64,000 nt of DNA. Source: Hemiscyllium ocellatum. Taxonomy: Eukaryota. Positions within the stretch are counted from its first letter, which is position 1; each line of letters opens with the position of its first letter. The notes beneath the pieces were generated by a model. It did no database searches. It was not told where the DNA came from and was given only the letters and a program-made list of their open reading frames with translations. The translations under genes and the position numbers were made by a program. This document shows, piece by piece, positions 63,201-64,000 of the stretch. The stretch covers positions 72,230,001 to 72,294,000 of the forward strand of contig NC_083417.1 of assembly GCF_020745735.1 (NCBI RefSeq), read 5' to 3'.

Positions 63201-64000
63201 GTGATACTGACATCCTGGGAATTAATATGCATATGTTTAAATCACCCTTTTCCCTCTTGTTTTGTCAGTATTTCTGGAATATTATTTGCCTATTTTTCAG
63301 TGAACGCAGTGGAAAAAGAAACATCCTTATAACATTTCCAACAGCTCTTATTTTCCAGAGTTACTGTATTACTCCTGAGTCACTCATTCCAGCGGATGTG
63401 CACGTTAAGCACCCATTTCCCCTTTTAAACATTTGATAATATCAAACTGTCTGTTTATACATTTCTAGACAGCTTTCTCTCATTCTCTAATTTCTTCGTT
63501 TTTTGAACAAAAATTTTCTATCCTAATGAGTTAACTCTACTCTTTCCAGTATATTTTTTCTTTTAACTTGATGTTTACCTGGGTTAACTAAGGGTTGTGC
63601 AACATTTTCTTTAGTGTTGTTCTTTTAGAAAGGCATTTCTCGATACCGTTGTATCTACCTTTATTTGCCTGGAGACATTAATTGTAAACATGTATTTATG
63701 ACACTCTGACAACGTGAAATTCAGTCGTGATGTAATTGCTGTAACTTTCTGTGTCCTACATTCTTTTAGTCATTGATTACCCAAGTTTCCTGCGCATTAC
63801 AATGTCTAGAAGAATTTGCTGTCTGGTTATCTCTGAAATGTAAGTATGAAATCATCTGCCTGGATAACTAATACAGATCCGACTTATCTGCTCGATATGA
63901 TGATTGACAATCATTTCTTTTATAAGTCTCTTCTTTTCCTTTCTGCCTCTAGAATAGTGTACTTAGTGCGCCCACAAATTTCTACAACGTGGCTTCTTGC

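Noticed and set aside
62978-63436. 152-aa + ORF
   Set aside because: Overlaps the reverse complement of a dispersed repeat; no domain features.

Overview
Shark (elasmobranch)-type genomic DNA, inferred from HE1-type SINEs and CR1/L2/RTE/Penelope LINE debris that fill most of the window. Most six-frame ORFs are LINE fragments or their antisense shadows. The main finding is an apparently intact six-exon + strand gene at 30151-43059, assembled here by hand from splice sites and phases (984 nt, 327 aa). It encodes a non-rearranging antigen-receptor-like protein: leader, V domain with germline-joined J-like strand (NKp30/SIRP-like), C1 domain, uncharged TM, and a tail with an ITIM (VGYAAL) plus an ITSM-like motif (TQYAAI). 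It has an Ig-V-style promoter (ATGCAAAT octamer plus TATA) and a possible secreted form made by intronic polyadenylation after C1. Decayed relatives surround it: an inverted promoter/leader copy (28.7-28.9 kb), a pseudogene with a clear C1 exon (56.7-60.8 kb) and a possible V remnant (27.6-28.1 kb). A second theme is short Penelope-type elements with hammerhead-ribozyme-like cores, several flanked by target-site duplications and two arranged as fold-back palindromes. Coordinates were read by eye; repeat boundaries are approximate.
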